Assembly: GCA_963804995.1 (NCBI GenBank)
Contig: CAWDSK010000001.1
Coordinates: 448,001-512,000, forward strand
DNA length: 64,000 nucleotides
From: an uncultured Acidobacteriota bacterium
Lineage (GTDB): Bacteria; Acidobacteriota; Terriglobia; UBA7540
Direction of reading: 5' to 3'
Part shown: piece after piece, positions 1 to 9,224 of the stretch
Layout: each line of letters starts with the position of its first letter
Position numbering within the stretch: the stretch's first letter is position 1
Program-made: the position numbers and the translations under genes
Notes under the pieces: generated by a model
Seen by the model: the letters and a program-made list of their open reading frames with translations, nothing else
Database searches by the model: none
Told to the model about the DNA's origin: nothing

Positions 1-31
1 ATGAAACTCGGGCTCGCCCCATGGAGGAAAC

Positions 32-316
32 ATGGTAAAGATCGAAAATGTTGAGAGGAAGATTTTGAAAGTTGAAGCCTTCAAAGTTTGTTTCCGTCAC
101 ATCAGTGGCCGAAATGTACGGGATGATAGGAAAGGCATTCCCCAGTATTCATACAAAAGTGCTGCTAGGGATTCATGGACAGTCGAGGATTGGAAAGCAA
201 AACGATTCCGGCCACACTATCCAGGTTTTGAGGTGGATGTCAAATTCGGCTACGATCGGATAGCGTATGGGCACACCAAGCTGACAACCGTCCGCGATTC
301 GTACCGTAGACAATAG
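32..316 (+). CDS. Small hypothetical protein (94 aa) in accessory island
   Basis: ORF with GGAGG RBS just upstream of ATG; lower GC than the core genes. Confidence 0.75.
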   Translation: MVKIENVERKILKVEAFKVCFRHISGRNVRDDRKGIPQYSYKSAARDSWTVEDWKAKRFRPHYPGFEVDVKFGYDRIAYGHTKLTTVRDSYRRQ

Positions 317-383
317 GTGAACATCAACGCATCCACACCAGCCCTGCCCCTCGACTAAGAACTATGGTATCGCAGGAGGCGAA

Positions 384-731
384 ATGAAAACCACGAGCTG
401 GGAACTTTGCGAAAAACCAATTCGTTGCGCACCGGGAATTAAAGTCAATTACATCGAGCATTTCGACGCACGCGGTATGCGTCTAGTTTTTGGTCGGGGC
501 GATCATTATGGCGGAGGTCGCACATTCAATATGCATGTTTGGCTCACGCGAGGTGGGCGTCTGCTAGCCCGATTTTGGTCACGCTCATCCGAGGTCGACG
601 GGATGTCTCTTGAGGTTGTCGGGTTCTCTCCCACGATACCAGCAAGGAAAAAAGAGGCTCCTTTGGACGCGAGATGGGTGCCACAACTCCTTCGGGACGA
701 ATATGACTATTGGATCGAGCACGAATGGTAA
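384..731 (+). CDS. Hypothetical protein (115 aa)
   Basis: AGGAGG RBS before ATG 384; co-oriented with neighbours. Confidence 0.65.
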   Translation: MKTTSWELCEKPIRCAPGIKVNYIEHFDARGMRLVFGRGDHYGGGRTFNMHVWLTRGGRLLARFWSRSSEVDGMSLEVVGFSPTIPARKKEAPLDARWVPQLLRDEYDYWIEHEW

Positions 732-931
732 ATTGAGTTAATCATATGCGTTCCTTGTATGAATAGACTGCCACCCTGCGGACTTCTGTCTCGGACAGTC
801 TGAATCGCGCTCAAGTCCAGGTGTGCTGGGAAGGCTGGCTGCGACTTAGGCATCGACGCACATTGGTCGCCCGAGTCGCAGATCGTTGCTCTGCCCCAAC
901 CCGCCCTCACACCCGAATAGGAGTCGAACCC

Positions 932-1816
932 ATGAATTATTGGAAGGTGTACTGTATGGAGGACTACTGGCCGGGTCTGTGGCAGCGCTGGTTCAAGAAC
1001 CAATGCGTTGCTGTCGGGTGGAATCCAGCGGAGGGTTGGACGCTAAACGGCGGAGCTGGGGGTGAAGGATGGGCGGCGGCGCGCAATGGGCTAAAACTGA
1101 TATCGAAGGGCGACCTCATCGTAGTCCAGCTCAAAGACAGCCGGGTCGGGCGAATTGGCGAGGTGGTCTGCAAACGAGTTCGGGACAACGAATGGGATCC
1201 CTTGGTTCCTCGAAGTGAGACGATGCCTGACGGCGAAATGGGACGACGCGTAATTGTGCGTTGGGATCTCAACGTTGGGCCAAGCGACCCGGGCACGGTT
1301 GTCAAGCTGCCCGTGGCGAAGCGCCTTCCGAGGGGGGCGTTGCTAGGGACAATAAGGCGGCTGAGTCCAACAGTGTTCAAGTCCGTCGAGCTTGCCATGA
1401 ACGACGAGGCGAACTGGGTCCCCCTGTTTGCACAGTTCGGCCATGAGAGCGCGCTCTCAGATTATATTGGAACATATCCCCAAAAACTCGAAGATGGGCT
1501 GCAACCCTACCCCTCCGCGAAGGTCCGCGAACGTGTTTTCCATGATAGGTCGCGTTCCGACGTTTTATTGATTGACCGGAACGAGAGGCCAGTGGTGGTC
1601 GAATGCAAGCAGGACGCGCCTACTCTGAGCCACGTGCGGCAGATTCGGAAATACCTGAAGAATCTTGGCCGTGAGACCCACTCGAAACCACGCGGCATCC
1701 TTGTTCATGGAGGAGCTCGAAAGCTCCGTCGCGACGTGCGTCGCGCCATCAATCAGAAACCGCAAATCGAAGTGGTGCAGTATTCGTTCAAGGTTGATTT
1801 CGCGCCGTGCAACTGA
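932..1816 (+). CDS. Putative restriction-type endonuclease: N-terminal EVE/PUA-like domain plus C-terminal NucS-like PD-(D/E)xK nuclease
   Basis: AGGAG RBS before ATG 932; N-term YWKV..VAVGW..ISKGDLIVV..GRIGEV; C-term ESALSDYI..SDVLLID..VVVECK..QIRKY. Confidence 0.75.
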   Translation: MNYWKVYCMEDYWPGLWQRWFKNQCVAVGWNPAEGWTLNGGAGGEGWAAARNGLKLISKGDLIVVQLKDSRVGRIGEVVCKRVRDNEWDPLVPRSETMPDGEMGRRVIVRWDLNVGPSDPGTVVKLPVAKRLPRGALLGTIRRLSPTVFKSVELAMNDEANWVPLFAQFGHESALSDYIGTYPQKLEDGLQPYPSAKVRERVFHDRSRSDVLLIDRNERPVVVECKQDAPTLSHVRQIRKYLKNLGRETHSKPRGILVHGGARKLRRDVRRAINQKPQIEVVQYSFKVDFAPCN

Positions 1817-2157
1817 GACGGGTAAGGACATTCCGCCAGATGCCGGAATTGTTGGAGCGCCTCGTTCGCGCCTTTGACAACCGCGGCTTTTCATCCAATA
1901 TCGAGCCTTTCATTTTCAAATCCGCGTGCGCCCATCAATGGCCCAGAGTGCGCGATCGTTGCCAAGCCACATCGGTCACATTGAAACGGTGGGTTCCGAC
2001 GTCACACCGCGATAATCTACGTGGCTCCGCCGCGGGGCACAAGGCCAAAAAGCCGTGGACCTCGCGAAGCAGGTCCGCACTACTTGCTTAGTCTAATGTT
2101 TAGCTAAAATGCCGGATATAACCTCCTCAATGTAAAAGAAGTATTATCACGATGTGT

Positions 2158-2195
2158 TTGACATGATGGGGGAAAACATATGTATAATTTCCCCC
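2158..2195 (+). promoter_or_regulatory. Sigma70-type promoter with overlapping inverted-repeat operator for the AbiE locus
   Basis: TTGACA 2158-2163 and TATAAT 2183-2188 (19-bp spacer); IR GGGGGAAA..TTTCCCCC 2168-2195. Confidence 0.6.
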
Positions 2196-2205
2196 GGGAG
2201 ATGGC

Positions 2206-2799
2206 ATGGATTCCGTCGCAGGTTCGGTTCTCAAGCGAATTCGGGTGCACGGGCGCCGGTGGGTATTTACGCCTCGGGACTTCCTCGCTTTGGGCACGCG
2301 CCGGGCGGTTGATCGCGCGTTAGCGCGATTGACACAAGACAAGACCATCCGTCGCCTAGCCCACGGTCTTTATGATTATCCCCGCGTTCACAAGAAGCTG
2401 GGCATTCTTGCTCCAAACCCGGATGATGTGGCCGCGGTACTGGCTGCGAAGACGGGAAGCCGGGTACAGGTGTCGGGCGCGCGCGCGGCGAACTTGCTGG
2501 GGCTCACCGACCAAGTCCCCGCTCAGTTGGTGTATCTCACTGACGGCCCCGCCCATCGCGTTAAGATCGGCGCCCAAACGATTCAGTTGAAACCCGCCAG
2601 GCCATCGCGGTTCCCCGGAGCAGGCACGCCGGCAGGGCTGGCTCTCCAGGCGATCCGCGCGGCCGGGCCCCATGCGAACCAAGACTTCGTGGTTCGACAG
2701 TTGTCCCGCGCCCTGAGCGCTCGCGACCGCGCACAACTTGCCAAACTAATAAAACACGCCCCCGCCTGGAGTCATGAGATCATACGGCAATTGACATGA
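2206..2799 (+). CDS. Type IV TA antitoxin, AbiEi-like (DUF6088-type) winged-helix protein
   Basis: VFTPRDF..AVDRALARL..IRRLAHGLYDYP and SGARAANLLGLTDQVPAQLVYLTDG motifs. Confidence 0.85.
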   Translation: MDSVAGSVLKRIRVHGRRWVFTPRDFLALGTRRAVDRALARLTQDKTIRRLAHGLYDYPRVHKKLGILAPNPDDVAAVLAAKTGSRVQVSGARAANLLGLTDQVPAQLVYLTDGPAHRVKIGAQTIQLKPARPSRFPGAGTPAGLALQAIRAAGPHANQDFVVRQLSRALSARDRAQLAKLIKHAPAWSHEIIRQLT

Positions 2800-2802
2800 A
2801 AA

Positions 2803-3069
2803 CATCCCCGCGGCCTTCGCGCGGTTGAGGATCTCAATCTGCTGGAGCAAGTCGTGGAGCATAAGCAGCACTTTTTCCGGGAGGGCGGGGCGCGGTATGA
2901 ACTCGCTAAGAAGGGAACTCTCCGCCTTGCGCCCGGCCCCCAGCTCGAAGCGGCCCTCCGCAGGGACTACGAGAAAATGCGAGAGATGTACTTTGGTCAG
3001 GAACCCGACTTCAACGCCGTGATGACCGACATCCGCGAGCTTGAAAAAGCGTTTAACGCGCGAGAATAG
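2803..3069 (+). pseudogene. C-terminal remnant of AbiEii nucleotidyltransferase toxin
   Basis: LLEQVVEHKQHFF..ARYELAKKGTLRLAP..LRRDYEKMREMYFG resembles the AbiEii C-terminus; the N-terminal NTase domain is absent. Confidence 0.75.
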
Positions 3070-3208
3070 AGTGTCTGAGGGTCAAGCCTGGATGACGGGT
3101 CACTCGGAAACCATCCACTTGGCTGATAAACGCCCGAACCGCGCTTCTGGGGTGGCCCGTGATGGGGGCCGAGGCGGCGTAATGCACATCCGAAATGTAG
3201 AAACTCCA

Positions 3209-3443
3209 GGGAAGGGCTCTGCCCTTCCGACCCATCGCCCACATTTTCTCCTCCTCCGCGCCGCCTGGAAGGATGTACCTTCCAGGCGGCGCGGAGGAGG
3301 TTATGGGTGGTCTCCCGCAACGGAAAGGCGCAGCCTTTCCGCACAGCGAGCGGCGGAGCCGCAGGGTACCCCTCGGTGAGCGGATCGTAGATTTGACGAC
3401 CCTGAGCTTACCTCTCCAAATGGCGGCGTAATGCCGCCACTAC
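3209..3443. repeat. Cluster of GC-rich palindromes (REP-like), including a perfect 23-bp stem at 3250-3300
   Basis: CCTCCTCCGCGCCGCCTGGAAGG-atgta-CCTTCCAGGCGGCGCGGAGGAGG; also GGAAAGGCGCAGCCTTTCC and TGGCGGCGTAATGCCGCCACTAC. Confidence 0.7.
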
Positions 3444-3449
3444 ATACAA

Positions 3450-3478
3450 TTGACGCCCCCGGGACAGGTTGCTAAGAT
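3450..3478 (+). promoter_or_regulatory. Putative sigma70 promoter of the TPR gene
   Basis: TTGACG-17 bp-TAAGAT. Confidence 0.45.
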
Positions 3479-3510
3479 GGCAGGTTAAGCATTCGGAAGG
3501 AGCCCAGACT

Positions 3511-4239
3511 GTGGATCGCCTGACGCGGCATCAACTCAAGCAAGACGAATTTCGCGATACCCTCGAGCAATTTGAGGACTATTTCAAAAAGCACTACAAG
3601 GAAATCCTGAACGTCTCGATTATGGTCGTGGTGGTGGTGGGATTGGCCGGCGGCCTGAAGTATTACACCGACCGTCAGGAAGCCCAAGCCAACGCCGATC
3701 TGGGCGCCGCGCTAACGACGTTTCGCTCCTACGTGGGCCAGCCTGAGCCAGGCGCTGCGGAGGCCGGTGCAACCTCCTTCACCAACGCCCAGGATAAATA
3801 CAAGAAAGCGCTCGGGGAGTTCGAAGCCATCCTAAATAAATATAAGATGTTTCCACGCCCCAAGGCAGTTGAGATCGCGCGCTACCAGGCAGGAGTGTGC
3901 CAGGCGCTCCTGGGGGATCACGCCGCCGCCGTGCAGTCGCTCGAAGAGGCCGGCCGCGACCGCGATGCGGAAGTCGCTTCGCTCGCCAAGTTTGCTCTGG
4001 CAGGTGAGCTGGCGAAGGCGGGTAAGACCTCCGACGCAGCCAAGCTCTACCAGGAACTGGCAGACCATCCCACGGTGTCGGTGCCGAAAGCGAGTGCCTT
4101 GCTGGCCCTGGCGGATTCGTATCGCGTTTCGCAGCCCGCCCAGGCACGCCAGATTTACGAGCGGCTGGGGAAAGAATACGCCACCAACGCCGCGATATCC
4201 CAGAGCATCAAGCAGCAGATGGCCCTCCTCGCGCCCTAG
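3511..4239 (+). CDS. Membrane-anchored TPR protein (YfgM-like)
   Basis: GAAGGAG RBS then GTG; RLTRHQLKQDEF start, one TM helix, TPR helices. Confidence 0.85.
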   Translation: MDRLTRHQLKQDEFRDTLEQFEDYFKKHYKEILNVSIMVVVVVGLAGGLKYYTDRQEAQANADLGAALTTFRSYVGQPEPGAAEAGATSFTNAQDKYKKALGEFEAILNKYKMFPRPKAVEIARYQAGVCQALLGDHAAAVQSLEEAGRDRDAEVASLAKFALAGELAKAGKTSDAAKLYQELADHPTVSVPKASALLALADSYRVSQPAQARQIYERLGKEYATNAAISQSIKQQMALLAP

Positions 4240-4446
4240 GGTGACCGGCGCGGGGGTCGCCTGAATTTCGAGCCCAGGGATTTCTGCGCACCGGCACACC
4301 CAGAATTTGCATAGGGTTTTCCGGCCCGCCCTGAACGGGCCCAGCCCTGCCGATTGCCCTGAAGGAGTTCCGTTCGTGCTGCAAGTTGAACCTGCAACGC
4401 CTGACCCTTATTTGTATATCCTTAAATTGTTATTATGGTGTAATGA

Positions 4447-6450
4447 ATGAACCTACAATTAATCAGGGAAAACTCCCGGATACTTGCCCTCATCGTGCTC
4501 GCGTTCCTGGTCGCCTTCTTTGTGGGCGGCCTTGAGCGGGCAACCTTCATCGTCATCTCGATTACCAGTGTATGGCTCTTCTTCAAAACCGTTAATCGCC
4601 GCCTTTTTTCAAAATTTCCGAAGCACGGTGATCTTCCTCACGACCATATCCTGAAGCGGCTGTGGCGGGTTTTTGTGGAAGTCATCCTGCAATACCGGGT
4701 GGTGCGCGAGCGGCCGGTGGTGGGCATCCTGCACGCCGCCGTCTTGTGGGGATTTTTTGCTTTCGTATGGGTGAGCGCGAATCACATGCTGCTGGGCCTG
4801 CGCGGGCTGGACAAGGCCACCGGGGAACGGACCTGGTATGGCGCGTTTGTCGCCGTCTGGGCCGTCGCCGTCTTGGTGGGAATGATCGGCCTGTCGTTCC
4901 GGCGCTTCGTGTTAAGACCCAAGCCTCTCGGTGAACTCTCCGCAACCTCCGGGATCGTGGCGTTCTTGATCTCGGCGCTCATGGTGACCTATCTGCTAGG
5001 TTGGGGAGTGTTCCCCGTCGCCAGCCCGGCTTGGAAAGTAAACTGGTGGGCCCACACGCTGTCGTTCTTTTTGCTGCTCGTGGTCATCCCCATCACGAAG
5101 CACCTGCACTTGGTGCTGGCTCCCTTTACGATCTTTTTTCGCTCCGAAAACACCAGCTCCATGCGCGCGCTGCGGGAAGACGGCGACAACTTGGGGATGA
5201 TTCACTTCAAGGATCTGGGCCGCAAGGACGTTCTGGACGTCAACGCCTGCGTTGAGTGTGGCCGCTGCACTGAGTACTGCCCCGCCAACCTGGCGGGAGG
5301 GTCGCTCAGTCCCAAGGAAATCATTCTGGACATGCAACACGGCTTGCTCTCCGGCGGAGATGTCATCGCCGGAACCGCCGCGGAAAAGAAACAGGGTCAA
5401 GCCTTCATCGCTGAGGAAGACCTTTTCCAATGTTTTTCCTGCGGCGCCTGCGAGCAGGTGTGTCCCGTGGGCATCGAGCATGTGGGCAGGAAGATTCTCG
5501 ACCTCCGGCGGGGACTGGTAAGCGAAGGCCGCATCACGAGCGACAAGGTGAACCAGCTCTTTACTACCATGGAACGCGCGCCGCACAATCCCTGGGGCAT
5601 CGCTCACGACACGCGACAGAAGTTGATTGAGTCGAAGCAGTTTCCGATTTTCGATGGCAGCCAGGAATGGCTGTTCTGGCTGGGCTGCGGGTTGAGTTTC
5701 GATCAGCACGGCCAGGCAGTGGCGCACGCCATGCAACAGATTCTGGATGCCGCGGGAGTTTCCTGGGGCGTGCTCGCGCGGGAAACCTGCTGCGGTGAGC
5801 CAGCCCGGCGCGCGGGGAACGAATACCTCTTCCTTGAACTTTCTGGAAAAGTCGTCGAGACCTTTGAGAACGCGCGGGTGAAGAAGGTCCTGACCTGCTG
5901 CCCGCACTGCACCACGATGTTGGATAAGGACTACCGGCAGATTGCTTCCTACGCGAAGCTTGACTTGAAGATTGTCCACCACACGGAACTGCTGGCGGAA
6001 CTCGCGCCCATGCTCAACCTCCAGTCCTCAGCTTTGCAGGCCACCTATCATGACCCTTGTTACTTGGCGAGAGGACGTGGCATTACCGCTGAGCCCCGGG
6101 ATATCCTGCGCGCTGTCGGGGTATCGATCACCGAGGCGGCGCACCATGGCCGGAACACGCGCTGCTGCGGAGCCGGCGGGGCGCAGCTTTTCGTAGCGGA
6201 TGATACACGCGAGCACGGCAAGGAACGCGTGAATCAACAGCGCGTCGCCGAGCTTCTGGCTACCCAGGCCACGACGGTTGCGGTGGCATGCCCGTATTGC
6301 CCCATCATGCTGCGCGACGCTGCGAATGCCCTCAAGCGCGATGATGTGGAGATCCTGGACGTCGCAGAAATCGTGGCCAGGAACCTCGTGCCGAGGCCGG
6401 GGGTCGGGGGCAACGGCTCGTCGGAGATTGCTCCCACGGCATCCTCCTGA
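4447..6450 (+). CDS. Membrane-bound Fe-S oxidoreductase (FadF/HdrD-like; TM domain, 2x4Fe-4S, two CCG domains)
   Basis: CVECGRCTEYCP, CFSCGACEQVCP, CCGEPARRAGNE, YHDPCYLAR, CCGAGG. Confidence 0.9.
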   Translation: MNLQLIRENSRILALIVLAFLVAFFVGGLERATFIVISITSVWLFFKTVNRRLFSKFPKHGDLPHDHILKRLWRVFVEVILQYRVVRERPVVGILHAAVLWGFFAFVWVSANHMLLGLRGLDKATGERTWYGAFVAVWAVAVLVGMIGLSFRRFVLRPKPLGELSATSGIVAFLISALMVTYLLGWGVFPVASPAWKVNWWAHTLSFFLLLVVIPITKHLHLVLAPFTIFFRSENTSSMRALREDGDNLGMIHFKDLGRKDVLDVNACVECGRCTEYCPANLAGGSLSPKEIILDMQHGLLSGGDVIAGTAAEKKQGQAFIAEEDLFQCFSCGACEQVCPVGIEHVGRKILDLRRGLVSEGRITSDKVNQLFTTMERAPHNPWGIAHDTRQKLIESKQFPIFDGSQEWLFWLGCGLSFDQHGQAVAHAMQQILDAAGVSWGVLARETCCGEPARRAGNEYLFLELSGKVVETFENARVKKVLTCCPHCTTMLDKDYRQIASYAKLDLKIVHHTELLAELAPMLNLQSSALQATYHDPCYLARGRGITAEPRDILRAVGVSITEAAHHGRNTRCCGAGGAQLFVADDTREHGKERVNQQRVAELLATQATTVAVACPYCPIMLRDAANALKRDDVEILDVAEIVARNLVPRPGVGGNGSSEIAPTASS

Positions 6451-6551
6451 GTGCCACACCCGCCACTGGCCTCACGTGCCATACAATGGGGTCAAATGAT
6501 ATGCTCGGTGCTGCATACGAATTCACTAAGCCTGTATGCGCGGAGTATATA

Positions 6552-6767
6552 ATGCGCACCACCTTGAATATCGACGATGACATGCTGCGAATCGTACAGG
6601 AAGAAACCGGGGCCCGAACCAAGACCCAGGCCGTCCACGAAGTCCTGAAAGACTATGGAAGATCGAGAAGCTGATTCAACTTGGAGGTAAAGTTCGATTC
6701 TCCTCCGACGCCAGGATTCTGCGGAAAGGCTGGGAGCCCCATCAACGTGGTTCTCGTTGACACCTCT
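6552..6767 (+). pseudogene. Decayed vapBC toxin-antitoxin locus: frameshifted VapB and only the first codons of VapC
   Basis: MRTTLNIDDDML..TKTQAVHEVLKDY continues in another frame as KIEKLIQLGGKVRF..stop 6760; overlapping GTG 6747 gives MVLVDTS (PIN start), then similarity ends; GCATAC..GTATGC palindrome upstream. Confidence 0.7.
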
Positions 6768-6851
6768 CGAACGGATTCCCCGCCTCCGGCTCTTCCGAAG
6801 GCTGAGCCCCTGACGGAGTAACCCATTTCAGGCCCCGAGGATGTCCAGCGC

Positions 6852-7619
6852 ATGCGCGCCACCGACTTTGAATTCCGCCACCGCTTCTGGTTTATTACTC
6901 TGATTTATTTGCTGGCCTTCAGTTGCTACAGGTTTGACCACCAGAACGCTTCCGGTGCGTTGCTCAAGCTGCTGACGGACCACGGATTTGCCATAAATTC
7001 CTTGACGCCTCGGCTGGGAGTTCAGGCCCTGTTAGGAATATCGGCCGCCTTGGTCATCGCTGCCGCCTGGATGCGCACTTGGGGAAGCGCTTACTTGCGG
7101 GCCGAGGTGGTTCACGACTCCAAGGTGCGCACAGAAAGGCTCGTGGCCGACGGCCCTTTCCGGCACGTCCGCAATCCCCTCTATTTCGGCAATCTGCTCA
7201 TGGCTGCCGGAATCGCGATGTTCTCCAGTCGAACTGGTTGGTTCGTTCTGGTCGTCGGGCAGACGCTTTTCATCCATCGCCTGATCGGCCGGGAAGAAGC
7301 CGCGCTGCGGGAGACGCAGGGCGAAGCCTATCTAGCTTACCTCGCTGTCCTGCCCCGCCTCTGGCCGTCGCTTACCCCCCGAGTGCCGGCGGGTGGCACC
7401 AAGCCGAAGTGGGTCCAAGGCTTTCTGAGTGAAGGTTGGTTGTGGATCTTGGGGTTGGATGGCGCCTATCTCGCCTGGAAGCTGAATACCCCGCTTTACT
7501 ACCGTATCCTGTGGGCCAGCGCTGCTGCTTATTTCCTGCGGGGGATCGTGCTGGCGAGGTGGCGACGCCACCAGGCATCGGGCGCCAGGCGGAACGAGCC
7601 ATCTCCGCCGACCCCCTGA
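6852..7619 (+). CDS. Isoprenylcysteine carboxyl methyltransferase (ICMT/PEMT) family membrane protein
   Basis: LVADGPFRHVRNPLYFG and EEAALRETQGEAYLAY..PR motifs. Confidence 0.85.
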   Translation: MRATDFEFRHRFWFITLIYLLAFSCYRFDHQNASGALLKLLTDHGFAINSLTPRLGVQALLGISAALVIAAAWMRTWGSAYLRAEVVHDSKVRTERLVADGPFRHVRNPLYFGNLLMAAGIAMFSSRTGWFVLVVGQTLFIHRLIGREEAALRETQGEAYLAYLAVLPRLWPSLTPRVPAGGTKPKWVQGFLSEGWLWILGLDGAYLAWKLNTPLYYRILWASAAAYFLRGIVLARWRRHQASGARRNEPSPPTP

Positions 7620-7784
7620 CGGGATTTCTTACCTTGCGGAGGAGGGCGACCCGAAAGAAGATTCACCATGGCGAGCCGGCGGGGCTGGACCTGCTTGCCC
7701 TCATCGGTCCCCTATGGCAATCTTCTCTCAGGTGTCGATGTGCGGCAGCGGGATGCCGTTGAAAGTAGAGATTGCTTCCCTCAG

Positions 7785-8549
7785 ATGACTGACGAAGGTG
7801 TGAACCACAAGACGGTGATTGAAACTGGCGAGCCCGTTTTGCCAGACGAATCCCAGCGCCTCTTAGGTGTGGGTCAGCGCAATTTTACGCGCCGGCAACG
7901 CGTCCAGCTATTTCTGGCGGACTGGATTGGTTATTTGGTGGTGCTGTTGATCGGCCGCAGCCTGCGCTGGGAAGTTTTTGGCAAACAGAACTATGATGAG
8001 GCAGTGCGGCGCGGAAAAAGCTTCATCGTCACCTTCTGGCATCGCGAAATCTTTCCGGCCGTCTGGTACTGGCGTCAGCGGGGAATGGTGGTCATGGTCA
8101 GCCAGAATTTCGATGGCGAGTTCATTGCGCGGGTCATTCATCGGCACGGCTATGCGACTTCGCGCGGCTCCAGCAGCCGGGGGGCCGCCCGGGTCCTGGT
8201 GGAAATGGTCCGGACTCTGCGCCAGGGTCTGGAGGCCGCGGTAACTCCCGACGGACCCCGTGGCCCCCGGTTCGTGGCCAAGCCCGGCGTCGTGCAGCTT
8301 GCCCGGCTGAGTGGCGCCTGTATCCTTTGCTTCCACATTGTTCCCCGCCGCGCCTGGGTGTTCCGGAAAAGTTGGGATCAGACGGAGTTTCCCAAACCCT
8401 TCACCCGCACGGCAATCTTTATCGCTCCGCCCATCGAGGTACCGCGACACGCCGACGAGAAGCAGCAAGCAGAGTACCTGCAAACCGTCCAGTCAACGCT
8501 CGATCAACTTGTCGCGCGCGGTAAGGAGTGGTTGAAGGAAGAAGGTTGA
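7785..8549 (+). CDS. Lysophospholipid acyltransferase family protein (DUF374)
   Basis: FWH, VSQNFDGEFIA, RGSSSRG, TPDGPRGP motifs; start uncertain. Confidence 0.85.
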   Translation: MTDEGVNHKTVIETGEPVLPDESQRLLGVGQRNFTRRQRVQLFLADWIGYLVVLLIGRSLRWEVFGKQNYDEAVRRGKSFIVTFWHREIFPAVWYWRQRGMVVMVSQNFDGEFIARVIHRHGYATSRGSSSRGAARVLVEMVRTLRQGLEAAVTPDGPRGPRFVAKPGVVQLARLSGACILCFHIVPRRAWVFRKSWDQTEFPKPFTRTAIFIAPPIEVPRHADEKQQAEYLQTVQSTLDQLVARGKEWLKEEG

Positions 8550-8600
8550 AGGTAGATGGTCCAGCACAGACTTGGTCTGTAGGTATTGCGCTGGAGCGTG

Positions 8601-9224
8601 CTAACCCTGCCGGGCAAGCCTTTGCAATTCCGGATAGAGTTCCTCCGCCTGCCGACGAGTTTCTTCCTTGCTCCCCGAGCAATCGATGAGGTAGTCAGCG
8701 CGGCGGCATTTTTCTTCCACAGGCATCTGGGCGCGGATGCGGCGCTCGGCCTCCTCGCGTGAAACACCCAGTTTCGCCATCAGCCGCTCCACCTGCTGTT
8801 CCGGCCGGCACCAGGCCACCATCACCTTCTGGAGAGTGCCGCCGATTCCCGACTCAAAGATCAGTGCGGCGTCGACGATCACGACTGCATGCGGGTCGCG
8901 GGCGTGGTAATCCCGTGCCAGCTCATCCACGCGCGCGATGATGCGGGGATGAAGTATGGCGTTGAGGTGGAGAAGCTGTTGCGCGTCTCGAAAGACTTTG
9001 GCGCCGAGCTTCTGGCGGTCGATGACGTCGGTGGGTCCGAGGATTGCTTCTCCAAAGCGCTCGAGGATTTCCTGGTAAGCGGCTTGGCCCGGTTCGATCA
9101 ACTGGTGCCCGATCCCGTCCGCGTCAATGATGTGGGCGCCCAGGTCCTGGAAGAATCGCGCCACCGTGCTCTTTCCGCTGGCGACGCCCCCGGTCAGACC
9201 GAAAGTGGGTAAGGGCTGAGGCAT
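8601..9224 (-). CDS. coaE: Dephospho-CoA kinase
   Basis: GLTGGVASGKSTV, IDAD, LNAILHP. Confidence 0.95.
   Translation of the reverse strand: MPQPLPTFGLTGGVASGKSTVARFFQDLGAHIIDADGIGHQLIEPGQAAYQEILERFGEAILGPTDVIDRQKLGAKVFRDAQQLLHLNAILHPRIIARVDELARDYHARDPHAVVIVDAALIFESGIGGTLQKVMVAWCRPEQQVERLMAKLGVSREEAERRIRAQMPVEEKCRRADYLIDCSGSKEETRRQAEELYPELQRLARQG

Noticed and set aside
3070..3400. Possible structured ncRNA (SRP/tmRNA) or att site at the island edge
   Set aside because: No recognisable conserved motifs; hairpins are better explained as REP-like palindromes
8530..8560. Short GGTTGAA period-7 run at the end of the DUF374 gene, and a similar single arm at 47250-47295
   Set aside because: No clear complementary arm; too short to call as separate elements, though possibly relics of the heptamer family
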